Origin: a virus
Lineage: Duplodnaviria > Heunggongvirae > Uroviricota > Caudoviricetes
IMG/VR virus record: IMGVR_UViG_2537561977_000020
Direction: 5' to 3' (one strand)
Length of the DNA: 41,610 nucleotides
The position numbers and the translations under genes were made by a program. The notes beneath the pieces are model-generated. The model did not search any database, was not told where the DNA came from, and saw only the letters and a list, made by a program, of their open reading frames with translations. Below are positions 27,035 through 40,859 of the stretch, piece by piece (position 1 is the first letter of the stretch; each line of letters opens with the position of its first letter).

Positions 27035-28379
27035 TTATTACCGAAATGCTGGCGTTTGACCGGGCATCGGTAAGGCAGTTCGATAAAGTCGGTCGCCTCC
27101 AGATTGAGCGCAGTAATCTCAGCAAGGCGAACGTCTGCGGTTATTTCGGGTATGAAATACCGGGGGCGGAAGCGCTGGGACTCGACCCCAAAAAACTTTA
27201 TCAGCTTTACCGTGACCCCGATGAACTGCGCAAGGCAGTTTCAACCTTCAACAATATTCCCGTCCTGTGCCGACACAAACCCGATTATCCGGGCGCGCCC
27301 GCGCGCGAGTACCGGGTGGGGACGACTCATGCCAACAGCGAGTTTGACGGTACCTATCTGGTTAACGGCATGTCCATCTGGGACAACTCCGCCATCGCGG
27401 GGATAGAAACGGATGAACAACGGGAAATCTCATCGTCATATGCCTATGTGGCAGATATGACGCCGGGAACCACCCCCGACGGTGAGCCGTATGACGGCGT
27501 TATGCGGAATATCGTGGGAAATCATGTGGCCCTGGTCGGCGATGGCCGGGTAGGGTCGGACTGTCTTGTTATGGACTCTCTCCCTCAGGAGCTAAAACGC
27601 ATGAAACTGAGTAAAAAGAAGTGGCGGTGCTTACCGCGCTGGGAACCTATCTTGCGCCGCGTCTGGCGCAGGATGCGGCTCCCGGGGATTTGTTACGCCT
27701 GATGGCGCAGTATAAGCGTCCGGCAGCTATCGCCAGCGCGGTAAAAACTGCTTACAGCGAACGGCTGGCACAGGATATGGATATTGAACCGGCGGAGCTG
27801 GCGCAACTGATGGAATCAGCAGAAGCCGTACCGGAGCTGGTCGGGGATGATGATACCGGGTTAACTGACGAGTCGAAGGCATTTGATACCGACAGCCCGA
27901 TGGAAAGTGTACTGGCGTTGCTGTCCGGCAAAGTTCCTGATGATGTGCTGGAAAAAATTAAATCCGCACTGTCTCCGACAACCGACGAAGCCCCCGAAAC
28001 AAAAGAGGCTGATGTGAAACCCGACGATGTGAAAGTCGATAAACCTGCGATGGATGCAGCAATCAGGCTGGCAACTGACCAGGCAACGAAACGGGCTGCT
28101 GAAAATTTCCGCGCCGTCCGTGTGGCTGAAGCTGAAGTGCGACCGCTGATTGGCGATGTGGTGGCGATGGACTGCGCCGAAGATGTTTACCGTACCGCGC
28201 TGGAACAGACGGGGATCGATATTCAGGGTATTCACCCCGGTGCGTACCGCAGCATGGTGAAGTTTGCCGTTGAGCAGAAGCAGACGGCCAAATCCTCTCC
28301 CCGTGTGGCGATGGATCAGGCCAGCGCATCGACGTTTGCGGCAGATTTCCCCGGTGCAAAACTGAAACGAGGTTACTGA
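27031..28379 (+). CDS. head protease/scaffold-like protein (Mu gpI/DUF2213-like), possibly frame-broken
   Basis: N-part [11 protein letters not shown]...[12 protein letters not shown]; acidic scaffold-like C-part begins at GTG 27621 in -1 frame; A5 run 27613-27617 at junction. Confidence 0.45.
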
Positions 28380-28380
28380 T

Positions 28381-28863
28381 ATGAATACTTTTCAGACACA
28401 CATGAACCAGTACCCGGCACCGGGTATTCCGGGGGCGTTTGCCAGTGCTAACCCTCATGCCTCGTATGTGGCGGGAGATGGCGGGCTGATTACCGGCCCT
28501 GACGGGCTGGTAATTGCCCGGTTTGCCTGGGTAACCAAAGGTGTTGCCGCTAATAAGGGGGCCGGCGCACCGGCGGGTTTTGTTCCTCGTGACGGGCAGG
28601 CTTCCATTGTGGAATGGCTGGCCGGGGACTCGAACACCATTTATCCGGGGCGTGAATGCACCCTGATGGTGTCGGGGGATTTCTGGGCGCTGACCACCAC
28701 TACTGCGACGATCGGGCAGAAAGTATTTGCCTCACTGGCCACCGGGGAGATAGCCACGGGGGCGGCTGGCACCTCGATGGCGGGGTTTGTCGAAACCTGG
28801 TTTTCCGTTGCCAGCGCTGCGGCGGCAAAAGAAGTCATTAAGATCAGTACCTGGAGCAAATAA
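28381..28863 (+). CDS. head-associated structural protein (hypothetical)
   Basis: 160-aa Gly/Ala-rich ORF between scaffold and capsid genes. Confidence 0.35.
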   Translation: MNTFQTHMNQYPAPGIPGAFASANPHASYVAGDGGLITGPDGLVIARFAWVTKGVAANKGAGAPAGFVPRDGQASIVEWLAGDSNTIYPGRECTLMVSGDFWALTTTTATIGQKVFASLATGEIATGAAGTSMAGFVETWFSVASAAAAKEVIKISTWSK

Positions 28864-29893
28864 TGAATAAATTTAAACAGCATTATGCGACGGCAAGTCG
28901 CGACTACGGGATTATTCTTCCCGGAGCACAGGCTTATTTGCCGAAGGAGTACGCCGCCGATTACGGACTGGCGATGGACGCGCAGCCTGCGCTGGTCACA
29001 GCGGCTAACAGCGGTATCCCTGCGTATTTCACCAATTACGTTGAGCCAGAACTGATCCGCGTGCTGGTGACGCCGATGAAAGCCGCTCAGATTCTGGGCG
29101 AAACCAAAAAAGGTGACTGGACGACACTGTCGGCACAATTCCCGATTGCAGAATCTGACGGGGAGGTGAGTTCCTACGGGGATTACAGCAACAACGGGGT
29201 GGTAAGCGCAAATGTCAACTGGGTACCGCGCCAGAGCTATCACTTCCAGACCTTCACCGTATGGGGCGAACGTGAGCTGGAGATGTACGGCGCAGCCCGT
29301 ATTGGCTGGGCGGCAGAGCTGAACGTGGCGTCAGCACTGACGCTGAATAAGTTCCAGAATAAGTCCTATTTCTACGGTATTGCCGGACTGACGAACTACG
29401 GTTTGCTGAATGATCCGTCGTTATCTGCACCAATCACCCCGGATACCGTTGACGGTAAACTGAAGTGGGACGACAAGGACGGACAGGGCGTGTATGACGA
29501 TATCGTGAAACTCTTTAAGCAACTGGTGAAACAGACTAACGGTCATATTGAGCGTACCGACAAAATGAAACTGTGCATGTCGCCGCTGGCAGAGGTGAAC
29601 CTCACCAAAACAAACCAGTACAGGGTTAACGTGTCCGATCTGCTGGCGAAAAATTTCCCGGCGATGACCATTGAAACGGCGGTGGAATACACCTCTGACG
29701 CTGGCGAGCTGGTACAGCTTATCGCGGAGCGTCTGGGTGAACAGGATACAGGCTATTGCGCTTTCACTGAAAAAATGCGCGCCCATGCGGTAGTGGCAGA
29801 TACGTCTTCCTGGAAACAAGAAAAAATCCGCTGGTACCGTGGGGGGCGATTATTCGCCAGCCGCCGGCGTATGCACAAATGCTGGGGGTGTGA
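28863..29893 (+). CDS. major capsid protein (Mu gpT-like), frame-broken near C-terminus
   Basis: Track ORF ends in basic junk after A6 run 29821-29826; -1 frame gives ...[17 protein letters not shown] ending 4 nt before next ATG. Confidence 0.55.
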
Positions 29894-29896
29894 GTT

Positions 29897-30243
29897 ATGG
29901 CTGAAATGGTAACAGTGGGCTGCAAACTGCCGAACGGTCTGGTGCTGGAAGTGGGTCAGAAACGGGTTCAGGTGGCAGGCTGGCGGAATAACGCGGTTAA
30001 AATTGTGGGGGGCTATGGTCTGACGCAGGTCGATAAGGTGTTTTTGACGCCTGGCTGGCGGAGCACGGACAGCAACCTTATGTGAAAAATGGCGTTATTT
30101 TTGCGCAGGATAAGGCGAACAGTGCAGTCTCGCAGGCTACGGAGCAGAAAGCCGTTAAATCCGGCCTTGAACCGCTGCCGCAGAAAAATCCGGCTCCGGG
30201 CGTTAACCGCAATGATGAAGTGATGGGTAAACCTCAGGAGTAA
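29897..30243 (+). CDS. hypothetical head/neck protein, frame-broken
   Basis: Track ORF 29897..30085 continues in -1 frame after T5 run 30041-30045 to TAA 30241-30243. Confidence 0.4.
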
Positions 30244-30248
30244 ACGCT

Positions 30249-30707
30249 ATGGGTACGGTGACGTTTGACTGTCGGATGTTTGTCAGTCTGTACCCGGAGT
30301 TTTCCATGGTGACACCGGAGCTACTGACGGCGGTGTTTAACCAGGCGACCGCGTTGTACCTGGATAACACGGACGACAGTCCGGTTACCGACCTGAAGGA
30401 GCGGGAACAGCTTCTGTTCCTGCTGGTTGCGCATCTGTGCGCATTGCGGGGGCTGGGAAACGGGAGAGACGGGCAGGCTGGTCTGGTGGGGCGTATCACC
30501 AGTGCGTCGGAAGGTTCTGTATCGGTATCGGTGGATAATAGCGGCAGTAATGATGCGTCGTGGTGGTATCTCCAGACCCCCTGGGGTGCTGACTACTGGC
30601 AGGCGACAGCGCCATACCGCTCAATGCAGTATCATTCCGGGGGGGCACCTTCGCGATATCCGGGGCATTATTACCGGGGATACGGGAGGGGCGTCGATGG
30701 TAAATAA
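30249..30707 (+). CDS. DUF4054-like phage protein
   Basis: 152-aa ORF in head-tail joining region; contains a G7 run (30639-30645) so C-terminus is uncertain. Confidence 0.35.
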   Translation: MGTVTFDCRMFVSLYPEFSMVTPELLTAVFNQATALYLDNTDDSPVTDLKEREQLLFLLVAHLCALRGLGNGRDGQAGLVGRITSASEGSVSVSVDNSGSNDASWWYLQTPWGADYWQATAPYRSMQYHSGGAPSRYPGHYYRGYGRGVDGK

Positions 30708-31280
30708 AGTCACAGGTGGCAAACAGTTCCGGCAGAAGCTGAAACAGGTTGCCGCGAACCTTTCATTGGGTAAAAACTCAAAGTGGGTTTTCTTGAGGGA
30801 GCAACTTACCCTGACGGTACGTCAGTGGCTTATATTGCCGCAGTTCAGGAGTTTGGTGGAAGAGCGGTCATACCTGCCCGTGAGCAGACGCTCCACTTTC
30901 GCTATAACGAAAAAACGGGAGAAACCGGGCACCGCTTTGTCAAAGCCGGTAAAGGGAATTTTGTTCAGGATGTGGTTATTCCTGAGCACACGGTCACCAT
31001 TCCCCCCCGTCCGTTCTTCCGTAAGATGATCGAACATAAAAGTCCCGAATGGGGCGAAAAAATGGCGACCTTATTACGGGCGAATGATTTTGATACTGCG
31101 ACCGCTCTGGTGTGTATGGGAGAACATATCAAAGGGCAGTTGCAGATGTCTGTTCGCGACTGGGAAAGTCCGCCCAACGCTGCATCCACTGCCCGGCAAA
31201 AGGGTTTTAACAACCCGCTTATTGAAACCGGACATATGATGGACAGCGTTGATTATTCTGTAGACGGGGGCAAAAAATGA
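30697..31280 (+). CDS. HK97 gp10-like head-tail joining protein, frame-broken
   Basis: ATG 30697 after GGGAGGGG; N-part [22 protein letters not shown], -1 shift at A5 run 30772-30776, then track ORF 30783..31280 ([12 protein letters not shown]...AAVQEFGG). Confidence 0.5.
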
Positions 31281-31643
31281 ACTTTCACGGTATTGTTTCC
31301 GGCGCAGTACGTCGGGTAAATCCCTTTACAGACGCGCTGGTTTATCGTTCCCGCGGGAGTACACAGCAGGCAGATTATTCCCGCGTACCTGAGTATGAAG
31401 ATCCGGTTTCCGTCAGGGTGCAAAAGCAGGCTGTCACCCAGGCTGATTTACGTCATCTTGATAATCTTAACCAGCAGGGAGTTTTTCGCCACATTGTATA
31501 CCGATGGTAACTGGTGCGGGCTTAACCGTGCCCGGCGACAGGGAGGCGATAAATTTGTTATTGGCGATGAAACGTGGCTGGTGATTGAGGTACCGGAAAT
31601 CTGGCCTGACTGGACGAGGGTTATTGTATGCCTTCAGGTGTGA
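31277..31643 (+). CDS. hypothetical tail-associated protein, frame-broken
   Basis: Track ORFs 31277..31510 and 31395..31643 differ by +1; junction at T5 run 31482-31486. Confidence 0.35.
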
Positions 31644-32154
31644 CCCTCTCCGTTACGGAAAGCGCTCTTTATCAGGCCCTCGGTGATTATCTCCGGGGGC
31701 TTTTTTCTGATGCCGGGATTGAACGAACGCAGCAGAACCAGGTCCCGATGCCTCAGGGGAATTTCATCACCATGACGGGCATTGATGTTACCGGATTATC
31801 CACTGCGGTAGTGGCATATTCTGCGCCAGCGCAGGCTGGTGAGGGCTCTCAGCATATCACCCGTACCACAAAATGGCGTTGCCAGCTTGATTTCTACGGC
31901 CCTCACGCGGCAGATAACGCGCAGGTGCTGGCTAACGCTTTTCCGGTCTGAATTTTCCGTACGGCTTTTCCGGCAGGGCGGTGGGCTGATTTCCCCGCTG
32001 TATTGCTCAGAGCCCTTTAACACCACATTCCCCAACGGTCAGCAACAGTATGAACCGCGCTGGACGCTTGATATTCAGATGCAGATTAACCCTGTGGTCA
32101 CAACTTCCCTGATGTTTTTTGACAACGTGATCACCCGGACAACGGAGGCTGATA

Positions 32155-32174
<20 letters not shown>
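31628..32174 (+). CDS. hypothetical tail-associated protein, frame-broken
   Basis: Track ORFs 31628..31951 and 31839..32174 differ by +1; junction near T4 run 31939-31942. Confidence 0.35.
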
Positions 32175-33639
<1,465 letters not shown>

Positions 33640-34086
33640 ATGTCGGGTAACAACAACACCATCACTGCGGCGGATGCCATTATCACGCTGACAGTGAATA
33701 ATCTGTATCCCTCCGGCGTACGACTTCAGGGATTTGCAACAGATAACGTTTATGGCACCGATCCACTGGTACTGGCGGAAACTGCCCGCGGTATTGACGG
33801 TAAACTGTCCGCGGGATTTGTGTACAGCAACATTATCCAGACGTTTCATATCATGCCGGATTCCCCCAGCCGGGATATTTTTGATACCTGGTCAACCACA
33901 TCCCGGGCCAGTCGGGCTGTATTCCGTTGTAACGCTGTCGTCCTGCTTCCGGCGATTGGCCGTAAATATACCTGCGTGAATGGCGTACTCAAACAATGGA
34001 AAGCGCTGCCTGATGCAGCTCGTACGTTGCAGCCAGGGCAGGCGGTTATTGAGTGGGAAACCATTACTCCGGAGGTTTTTAACTGA
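33640..34086 (+). CDS. tail tube protein
   Basis: 148-aa ORF directly after sheath and before chaperone/tape-measure genes. Confidence 0.5.
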   Translation: MSGNNNTITAADAIITLTVNNLYPSGVRLQGFATDNVYGTDPLVLAETARGIDGKLSAGFVYSNIIQTFHIMPDSPSRDIFDTWSTTSRASRAVFRCNAVVLLPAIGRKYTCVNGVLKQWKALPDAARTLQPGQAVIEWETITPEVFN

Positions 34087-34490
34087 TGGCCCGTAAAGAG
34101 AAATTTATCACTATTGAAGGTCAGGGACGGGATAAGGGCAAGGTATTTCATCTTACCGAAATGTCTGCCTCACAGGCGGAATGGTGGGCGATGCGTGCCA
34201 TTATGGCAATGGGGCGTGGTGGCGTGGAGTTACCGGATGATGTTCGTAGTCTGGGGATGGCTGCGCTTGCCCTTGAAGGGCTGAAAGCATTATCGAAAAT
34301 TCCGCCTGATGAGGCGCGTCCGTTGATGGATGAAATGATGGACTGTGTGCAGTTTGTTCCCGATCCGAAAAAACGCAGCATCCGGAGACCGCTTGTTGAA
34401 GAGGATATTGAAGAAATCATTACCCGTCTTAATCTGCGTGCGGAGGTCTTTAAGCTGCATGTGGATTTTTTCGCTACCGTCGTCAGCTAG
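34086..34490 (+). CDS. tail assembly chaperone (G-like)
   Basis: 134-aa acidic protein between tube and tape measure; slippery heptamer near 3' end. Confidence 0.5.
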   Translation: MARKEKFITIEGQGRDKGKVFHLTEMSASQAEWWAMRAIMAMGRGGVELPDDVRSLGMAALALEGLKALSKIPPDEARPLMDEMMDCVQFVPDPKKRSIRRPLVEEDIEEIITRLNLRAEVFKLHVDFFATVVS

Positions 34491-34714
34491 ATATCCCCCC
34501 GCGTTATCTCGACCCCGACAGACCGTTCGGGGTGGTGGATTACGTTAATGTTCCCCGTACCATTGCGACCGTTATCTCCTCCGGTAAGGCTTCAAAAGCT
34601 GAACTGGATTCTGTCCTTGGTGTGCAGGACTTATGGGATCTGCTGGAAATAATTCATGTGGATGCCCATAACGAACAGGTGATACAGGAGAACAGAAATG
34701 GCGCAGGTACTTGA
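34086..34714 (+). CDS. tail assembly chaperone frameshift product (GT-like, -1 frame)
   Basis: Heptamer T TTT TTC at 34466-34472; -1 frame open to TGA 34712-34714. Confidence 0.45.
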
Positions 34715-36718
34715 TGAGCTTGTTCTGTCCCTCGGGATTGATGACAGGGACTTTACTGCCGGGGAACAGGCAGTACATGCTGCCCTTAACCGGCTCACGA
34801 CGGTGATGGAAGGTGTCGCTGACACATTCAGTCAGGGACAGAAGAAAACCAGTGAATCACTGGAAAAAACCGGAAAAGATGCTGATAAAACGGCCCGTCG
34901 AATGGAAGATGCCGGGAAACGGGCGTCCCGTTTTTTTTCAGGGATCCGTAGCGAGATTCTGGCTCTTGCGGGTGTCAGTCTGACGCTGGGGGGGCTGAAG
35001 AACCTGGTAACAGGTTTTGCCCGTGATCTGAACCGTCTGTCCGTGGAATCTGATGCTTTTGGCATGAAGGCCAGAAATCTGGACGGATGGTTACGGGCTG
35101 CGCGGGCAAATAATGTTGATGAAGGGGAAATGTCTGGGGCATTTTCCCGGCTTGCAAATGCAAAAGCGGCCTTCAGAGCCGGAAGGTCCTTTGATCCTGT
35201 GTTACAGGATTTGTTTCAGGTTGCAGCCAGGGCGGGCATTAGTGTTGATTTAAATACTGACAGCACTGAAGCCATCATGCGCAAGCTGGCGGTTATTTTT
35301 CCGCGACTGACAAAGTCCGAACAAACTGCCTACGGCAACGCGCTGGGCTTCAGTTATGCCGGACAGCAGTTTCTTGGCTCCGGTCATGCGCTGAAAGATG
35401 TGGACGAATTTACTTCCCGTTCGCAGGTTACGCCGGGGCGTATAGCGCTGGCCCGTAAGCTACGAAAAGAGCTTGTTGAGCTCGATCAGACCTGGTCCGG
35501 CATCGGGATGACGATTAGCACCGCGTTGATGCCGTACGCGCTGAAGCTCAGCCACTGGCTGGAGACACTCGGTGACTGGATGCAGCAACATCCGGAGGAA
35601 GTGAACAGGTTTATCACCACATTTCTGAATGACGTTGAGTCAGTGGCCTCCCTGGCGAATAAGGCTGCCGGAGAACTGGGGGGCTGGCAGAATGTCATTA
35701 TTACGCTGATCGGGCTGAAAGTGGCGTCATGGGTGCGGGGGTTGACAAAAGCCCTCAGTGGCCCCGGAGGCCTTCTTTTTGCGATAACGGCGCTTTACCC
35801 GGTTGTTGACGGATTACTGACATCCATTGTTGGCAGGGAAAATAAGGACTGGCTGGATTCACATGGTTTTTTCTGGGCTTCAGACGGGACTTTCTTTTTC
35901 AATAAGAAAGAGATGGAGACGTATCAGACAAAACTGGATGCCGGAGAAAAGCCTGGCAACATCACCCGGGCACAATCACCCACAGTATGGCAGCAGGGCA
36001 TGCTGGATACTCAGGCTTCTCAGGCAACCGGGAGGGAAGCAGCCTTCGGTGAATCCTGGCTACAGGGTATGCGTGCGACGCAGGAAAAACTCGGTAATGC
36101 CATGCAAAACCGCCAGCGACCGACGAAGACCGGGGAAGCCCTGTTAGGCTGGCTGCAACCGAAACTGTCTCAACTGGAGGAAAAATATAACCTGCCGCCC
36201 GGACTGCTGCGCAGCGTTGCGATCACCGAATCCCGTGGTAATCAGTTTGCCGTCTCACCTGCTGGTGCGATGGGACTGTTTCAGTTCATGCCGAAGACGG
36301 CCAGTGAATTTGGTCTGAGGGGGAACGATGCCTTTGATCCCGAAAAAGCCGCTGATGCCGCCGCGAGAAAACTTGGTGGCCTGATACGTTTTTTCATGGC
36401 GATCTGGCTAAGGCTCTGGCGGCATATAACTGGGGAGAGGGAAATGTTCAGCGTAAGGGACTGGCTGCTGCTCCGGAGGAGACCCGCAACTATATTCCGC
36501 GGGTGCTGGCGAACCTGCCTTATCCGGGTGCGGCAATGGCCATACGGTCGCGCCATCCTGCGCCTGTATCGCAGTCCACCGTAACGGAAACCACGCATAT
36601 CGGGACACTGAATGTCACCACAACGTCGGACAATGTGAAGGGTATTACCGATGACGCACGTCGGCGTATCACGAATTCGGCGCTTGTGTCGGTTTATTCC
36701 AGCGGGGTAACAGGATGA
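34698..36718 (+). CDS. tail tape measure protein with C-terminal lytic transglycosylase (SLT) domain, frame-broken
   Basis: SLT motifs ITESRGNQFAVSPAGAMGLFQFMP and (after -1 shift at T6 run 36389-36394) ALAAYNWGEGNV; track ORFs 34698..36584 and 36503..36718. Confidence 0.6.
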
Positions 36719-37425
36719 GTTTTTCTTTCGATAATATTTCCCTGAATAACTTTTCGCTCAGTGAAAGTAACGTACTGAGTGCGGTTCGTGGCGGCGGTGT
36801 CCTGGGACTCATTAACAGTGTACTGGCACCGTCATTCGGTATTTATTACGCACGGAATGATCCGGCAGGTGCCCATCAGAAGGGTGGCAAACCTTTCTCC
36901 CCGGATTCTTTTGTTGTCGTTGAGGTGGGCGCGGAGGCTTCTGTTTCCACCGTCCCCGTGGAGCAGGGGGCTTATACCACCTTTAATAAAATCCAGAGAT
37001 CGCCGGAACTGCATGTGACTTTCACTGTAGAGGGGTGGACGGCCTTTTCCGGATCCGTCCCGAACCTGACAAATTTTTCCACCACCTCGCGGACGAATGT
37101 GCTGGAAACGCTTGAAAGGATGCGTACCACGGCAGGACTCTACGATATTGAGACGCCGGACAAGACATGGACATCCTGCGACCTTGTGAAATATGACTAC
37201 CGAATGCGAAGTAATAATGGTCCGACCTTACTGACGGTTACTGCGGTATTTCAGACCGTAATGAATACAGGAGAGGTGTCAGTGGGAAGTACGGATAAGT
37301 CGTCTCCCACGGACAACGATAAAGCAAAAGGGGCCGCATCGGTTAAAACGCAGCCAGTTACGGCGTCGGTGACACAACCGTCAGACGCTGACAGACGAAG
37401 CGCCACGAACAGGGGGATCACCTGA
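36715..37425 (+). CDS. tail/baseplate protein (hypothetical)
   Basis: 236-aa ORF after tape measure; position only. Confidence 0.35.
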   Translation: MSFSFDNISLNNFSLSESNVLSAVRGGGVLGLINSVLAPSFGIYYARNDPAGAHQKGGKPFSPDSFVVVEVGAEASVSTVPVEQGAYTTFNKIQRSPELHVTFTVEGWTAFSGSVPNLTNFSTTSRTNVLETLERMRTTAGLYDIETPDKTWTSCDLVKYDYRMRSNNGPTLLTVTAVFQTVMNTGEVSVGSTDKSSPTDNDKAKGAASVKTQPVTASVTQPSDADRRSATNRGIT

Positions 37426-37727
37426 TGCTGGAAATTGTTTTATCTCCCGTTAAAGCCCAGCAGTTTACGGTGACACTGGGCGCTCAGGTCTGCACCATTC
37501 GCCTGAATCAGCGTACTACGGGGATGTATATCGATATCATTGTTAATGGTGAACCGTGCCTGTATGGCGTGCTGTGTCTGAATAATAACCGGATTGTCCG
37601 GTACGGATACCTGCCGTTTCAGGGGGACCTGTTTTTTACCGACACGGAGGGGAATAGTGACCCTGACTGGCGGGGGCTCGGATCCCGGTACCGGCTCTAC
37701 TGGCTGTTACCTGAGGAACTGATATGA
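37425..37727 (+). CDS. tail/baseplate protein (hypothetical)
   Basis: 100-aa ORF with start/stop overlaps in tail operon. Confidence 0.35.
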   Translation: MLEIVLSPVKAQQFTVTLGAQVCTIRLNQRTTGMYIDIIVNGEPCLYGVLCLNNNRIVRYGYLPFQGDLFFTDTEGNSDPDWRGLGSRYRLYWLLPEELI

Positions 37728-38593
37728 GCTACAGACAACGTAAAATAACGGTGGAGTTCACTCTTTCAGACGGACGAACGTTTGGTAATGGCCAGGGCAA
37801 TATGCTGACCATTACCGACGCAAGCTGTTTTGCCAGTATTGGCGTATATGGAGGGGTGGCTGGTACACAAATCACGCTGTATATCTGGGGAATGTCACCG
37901 GCGCATATGACGAATTTAAGCTGGCGCGGTGTGTGGCGACAGGAGCAGAGTACCGCAAATAAAATGCGGCTGTGGGCCGACGGGCGGCTTATTTTTGAAG
38001 GTGATATTACTGATGCATACGCCGACTACAACCAGGCGCCGGATATTCCGCTCATTCTGACAGGACAGATTCATTTTAATCTGCGTAATCAGCCGGCGGC
38101 AGATTTCAGCGCAAAGGGCGATGTTGCGGTTGCAGATATTATCCGTGCGCTGGCGTCAACTGTCGGGCTTGGATTTGAAAACCAGGGGGTCAGCCGCAGT
38201 CTGTCTGACCCGCATTTTTCCGGTAATGTTGTACAACAAATGCTGGATGTCGCTTCAGCCGCCGATATTAACATTGATCTGGGGAATGTGGAGAAAGTCA
38301 CCATCTGGCCGAAAGGGCAGAACCGGAATATTCCGCCGGTACTGATTTCGCCGGATCACGGACTGACTGGCTATCCGGTTTACACCATGACCGGACTCAG
38401 CGCCACCACGATATTCTGCCCCGATCTCTTTACTGGCAGGCCAGCGCATCTGGAATCGTCACTGCCTGATATGACGGGCGATTATACGATCACAGGGGTG
38501 ATACACACCATTACTTCGCGAACCGTGGGCGGTCCGTGGAGTTCCAACTGTACCATGATGAGGGCTGAAGAAAATGGCACAACCACTCAGTAA
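37724..38593 (+). CDS. baseplate/tail hub-like protein (hypothetical)
   Basis: 289-aa ORF upstream of V-like spike gene. Confidence 0.35.
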   Translation: MSYRQRKITVEFTLSDGRTFGNGQGNMLTITDASCFASIGVYGGVAGTQITLYIWGMSPAHMTNLSWRGVWRQEQSTANKMRLWADGRLIFEGDITDAYADYNQAPDIPLILTGQIHFNLRNQPAADFSAKGDVAVADIIRALASTVGLGFENQGVSRSLSDPHFSGNVVQQMLDVASAADINIDLGNVEKVTIWPKGQNRNIPPVLISPDHGLTGYPVYTMTGLSATTIFCPDLFTGRPAHLESSLPDMTGDYTITGVIHTITSRTVGGPWSSNCTMMRAEENGTTTQ

Positions 38594-39251
38594 CCCGACA
38601 GACGTGAACAGCGAAATCAATGCACAGGACTTTATGCTGCGGCAGTTTCTCGGACGTCATGCGTTTATCACTCTGGGACGGGTGGTAGCCGTGGAAGAGG
38701 AATTTATTGAGGCCCGACCGATGGTAATGGGCGTTGCAGCAGACGGTTCCCCGGTTGAACATGAGGTGATTTATAACATTCCCGTATGGCGACTACAGGG
38801 GGGCGGTAATGCGGTGATTATGCCGCCACATGTGGGGGATATCGGTTTTCTTGCCATCTGCGATCGGGATATCAGTGCGGTAAAAGCCACGCGTCAGGCT
38901 GCGATGCCGGGATCAAAGCGTACCCATAATTATGCTGATGCCATCTGGCTGGGTGGCGTGCTCAACGGTGATCCCGTCCAGTTTGTGGTATTTGATGACA
39001 ACCAGATACGGATTGTATCTCCCTGGAAAGTGGAGATATCTGCGCCTGAGGGTGTGATTAATGCGCCGAAAAGCTTCACCGTTAACTCACCACAAATTGC
39101 GCTGAACGGCGATACCGCCGTCAGTAAGGGGCTTAACGTTACCGGGCAGTCCAGGCTTTCCGGCGGTTCGAACATCGGGGGTATTGATTTTGGAAACCAC
39201 GTTCACGGCGGCGTTGAGTCCGGCGGCTCAACCACGCAGGGACCCCGGTAA
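38574..39251 (+). CDS. baseplate assembly protein V-like (spike)
   Basis: 225 aa, Gly-rich C-terminus GGIDFGNHVHGGVESGG; position before W/J-like genes. Confidence 0.45.
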   Translation: MAQPLSNPTDVNSEINAQDFMLRQFLGRHAFITLGRVVAVEEEFIEARPMVMGVAADGSPVEHEVIYNIPVWRLQGGGNAVIMPPHVGDIGFLAICDRDISAVKATRQAAMPGSKRTHNYADAIWLGGVLNGDPVQFVVFDDNQIRIVSPWKVEISAPEGVINAPKSFTVNSPQIALNGDTAVSKGLNVTGQSRLSGGSNIGGIDFGNHVHGGVESGGSTTQGPR

Positions 39252-39263
39252 ACAGGAGAAAAC

Positions 39264-39620
39264 ATGCAGTCACGATCACTTCTTCTTGACACCGGGACAT
39301 GGGATATCCTGCTTGATGATACCGGAAATCTTGCCATTACTGATAATCCCCATGCGGTAGCTCAGGATGTGGCGTGTGCGTGCAGTACTTTTCTGGGGGA
39401 GTGCTGGTACGACTCAACGGCTGGCATACCTTACTGGCCACGCATCCTCGGACACTGGCCCGGCACACAACTGGTGAATGCCACTCTGCAACAGGAAGCA
39501 CTTAAACTGCCGACCGTGAGCGCCGCTGTCTGCCAGGTCACAGCTGATCAAACCCGGACAGTAACAGGTGTGCTGCGTATTACAGATACCAATAATGACA
39601 TTTTTACGGTATTGCTATGA
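39264..39620 (+). CDS. baseplate protein W / gp25-like
   Basis: 118 aa, between V-like and J-like genes. Confidence 0.4.
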   Translation: MQSRSLLLDTGTWDILLDDTGNLAITDNPHAVAQDVACACSTFLGECWYDSTAGIPYWPRILGHWPGTQLVNATLQQEALKLPTVSAAVCQVTADQTRTVTGVLRITDTNNDIFTVLL

Positions 39621-40858
39621 GTGAAAATAAATCTTTTTCTACCGCAGTGCCCGCTGTACAGATTTCGGATCGCGGGCTGAATGTGCCGGATGAAGCGGAT
39701 ATTCTGAGCGGCAGGCTTGCTGATTTTTCGGCGGCGCTGGGCGGGGCCATGAGTACCAGTCTGAGCAGTCCGCAGGGACAACTTGCATCCAGCGAAAGCG
39801 CCATTATTGCGGATAAAAACGACCAGTTGCTGTATATCGTTAACCAGATCAACCCTGACTTTTCCAGTGGTCGCTTTCAGGATGCAATAGGCAGGATTTA
39901 TTTCCTGGAGCGCCGTGGGGCCACAGGTACGACAGTAACAGCGACCTGTACCGGGCTGGTTGGCACGCTGATCCCGGCGGGCAGTATGGCGCAGGATGAG
40001 GCCGGTTATAAGTATGTCAGTCAGTCAGACGTCACTATCGGCGCATCAGGGCAGGTTGATGCGGTATTTCTGAATTTGTCCACCGGCCCCGTCGGCTGTC
40101 CTGTGGGGACGCTGAATAAAATTTATAAGGCAATACCTGGCTGGTCAGGTGTCACTAACGCCCGTGCCGGTGTGCCGGGCAGCGATGAGGAAACCCGTGC
40201 GGACTTTGAAAACCGCCGACGTAATTCAGTTGCCCGTAATGCCCGGAATATTCTGGAAGCCATCCGGGGTGAAATACTCTCCACGGTGGAAAACGTGGTG
40301 GATGTTTACGTCACCCATAATCCGAAAAAAACAGAACAAAAAGCCGGAGTCAGTCAGTATCCATTAACACCCGGTTCGCTTTATGTTGGCGTGTACGGCG
40401 GCAGCCCGGCAGATATCGCGGCGGCCATCTGGCGTAAGGCTCCGCCGGGTATTGATATGAATGGCAACACAACGTTCACTGTTGCAGATAAGGAGTACGA
40501 TCCGCCGTATCCTGAATACGTGATCAGCTGGCAGACACTCAAACCCGTCAGTCTGCATGTCAGTGTGACGCTGAAAAAAAGTGACTACCTGCCTTCAGAT
40601 ATTACCCGACAGGTACAGCAATCCGTGCTGGACGCATTTAATGGTACAGATGGTGGTCTGCGGGCAAGAGTTGCCTCTGTTGTCTCTGCCGGGCGCTACT
40701 ATGCCGGCATTTACAAAACCGATCCGGAACATATTGATATTCTGGGCCTTACTGTGAGCCGTGACGGTTCGTCATGGACAACGGCTGTCACTTTCGGGAT
40801 AGATGAGATTCCGGTTCTGGATGTGTCGGATATCAGTGTGAAACTCCAGGAGGCATAA
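39617..40858 (+). CDS. baseplate J-like protein
   Basis: 413 aa following W-like gene; size and position. Confidence 0.45.
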   Translation: MSENKSFSTAVPAVQISDRGLNVPDEADILSGRLADFSAALGGAMSTSLSSPQGQLASSESAIIADKNDQLLYIVNQINPDFSSGRFQDAIGRIYFLERRGATGTTVTATCTGLVGTLIPAGSMAQDEAGYKYVSQSDVTIGASGQVDAVFLNLSTGPVGCPVGTLNKIYKAIPGWSGVTNARAGVPGSDEETRADFENRRRNSVARNARNILEAIRGEILSTVENVVDVYVTHNPKKTEQKAGVSQYPLTPGSLYVGVYGGSPADIAAAIWRKAPPGIDMNGNTTFTVADKEYDPPYPEYVISWQTLKPVSLHVSVTLKKSDYLPSDITRQVQQSVLDAFNGTDGGLRARVASVVSAGRYYAGIYKTDPEHIDILGLTVSRDGSSWTTAVTFGIDEIPVLDVSDISVKLQEA

Positions 40859-40859
40859 C

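Noticed and set aside
27621-28379. Scaffold-like ORF as an independent gene starting at GTG 27621
   Set aside because: Not fully rejected, but there is no convincing RBS and the upstream gene ends in basic junk after an A5 run; a fused protease-scaffold protein is more parsimonious.
28641-29243. 200-aa minus-strand ORF
   Set aside because: Antisense to head and capsid genes; Cys/Arg-rich off-frame composition.
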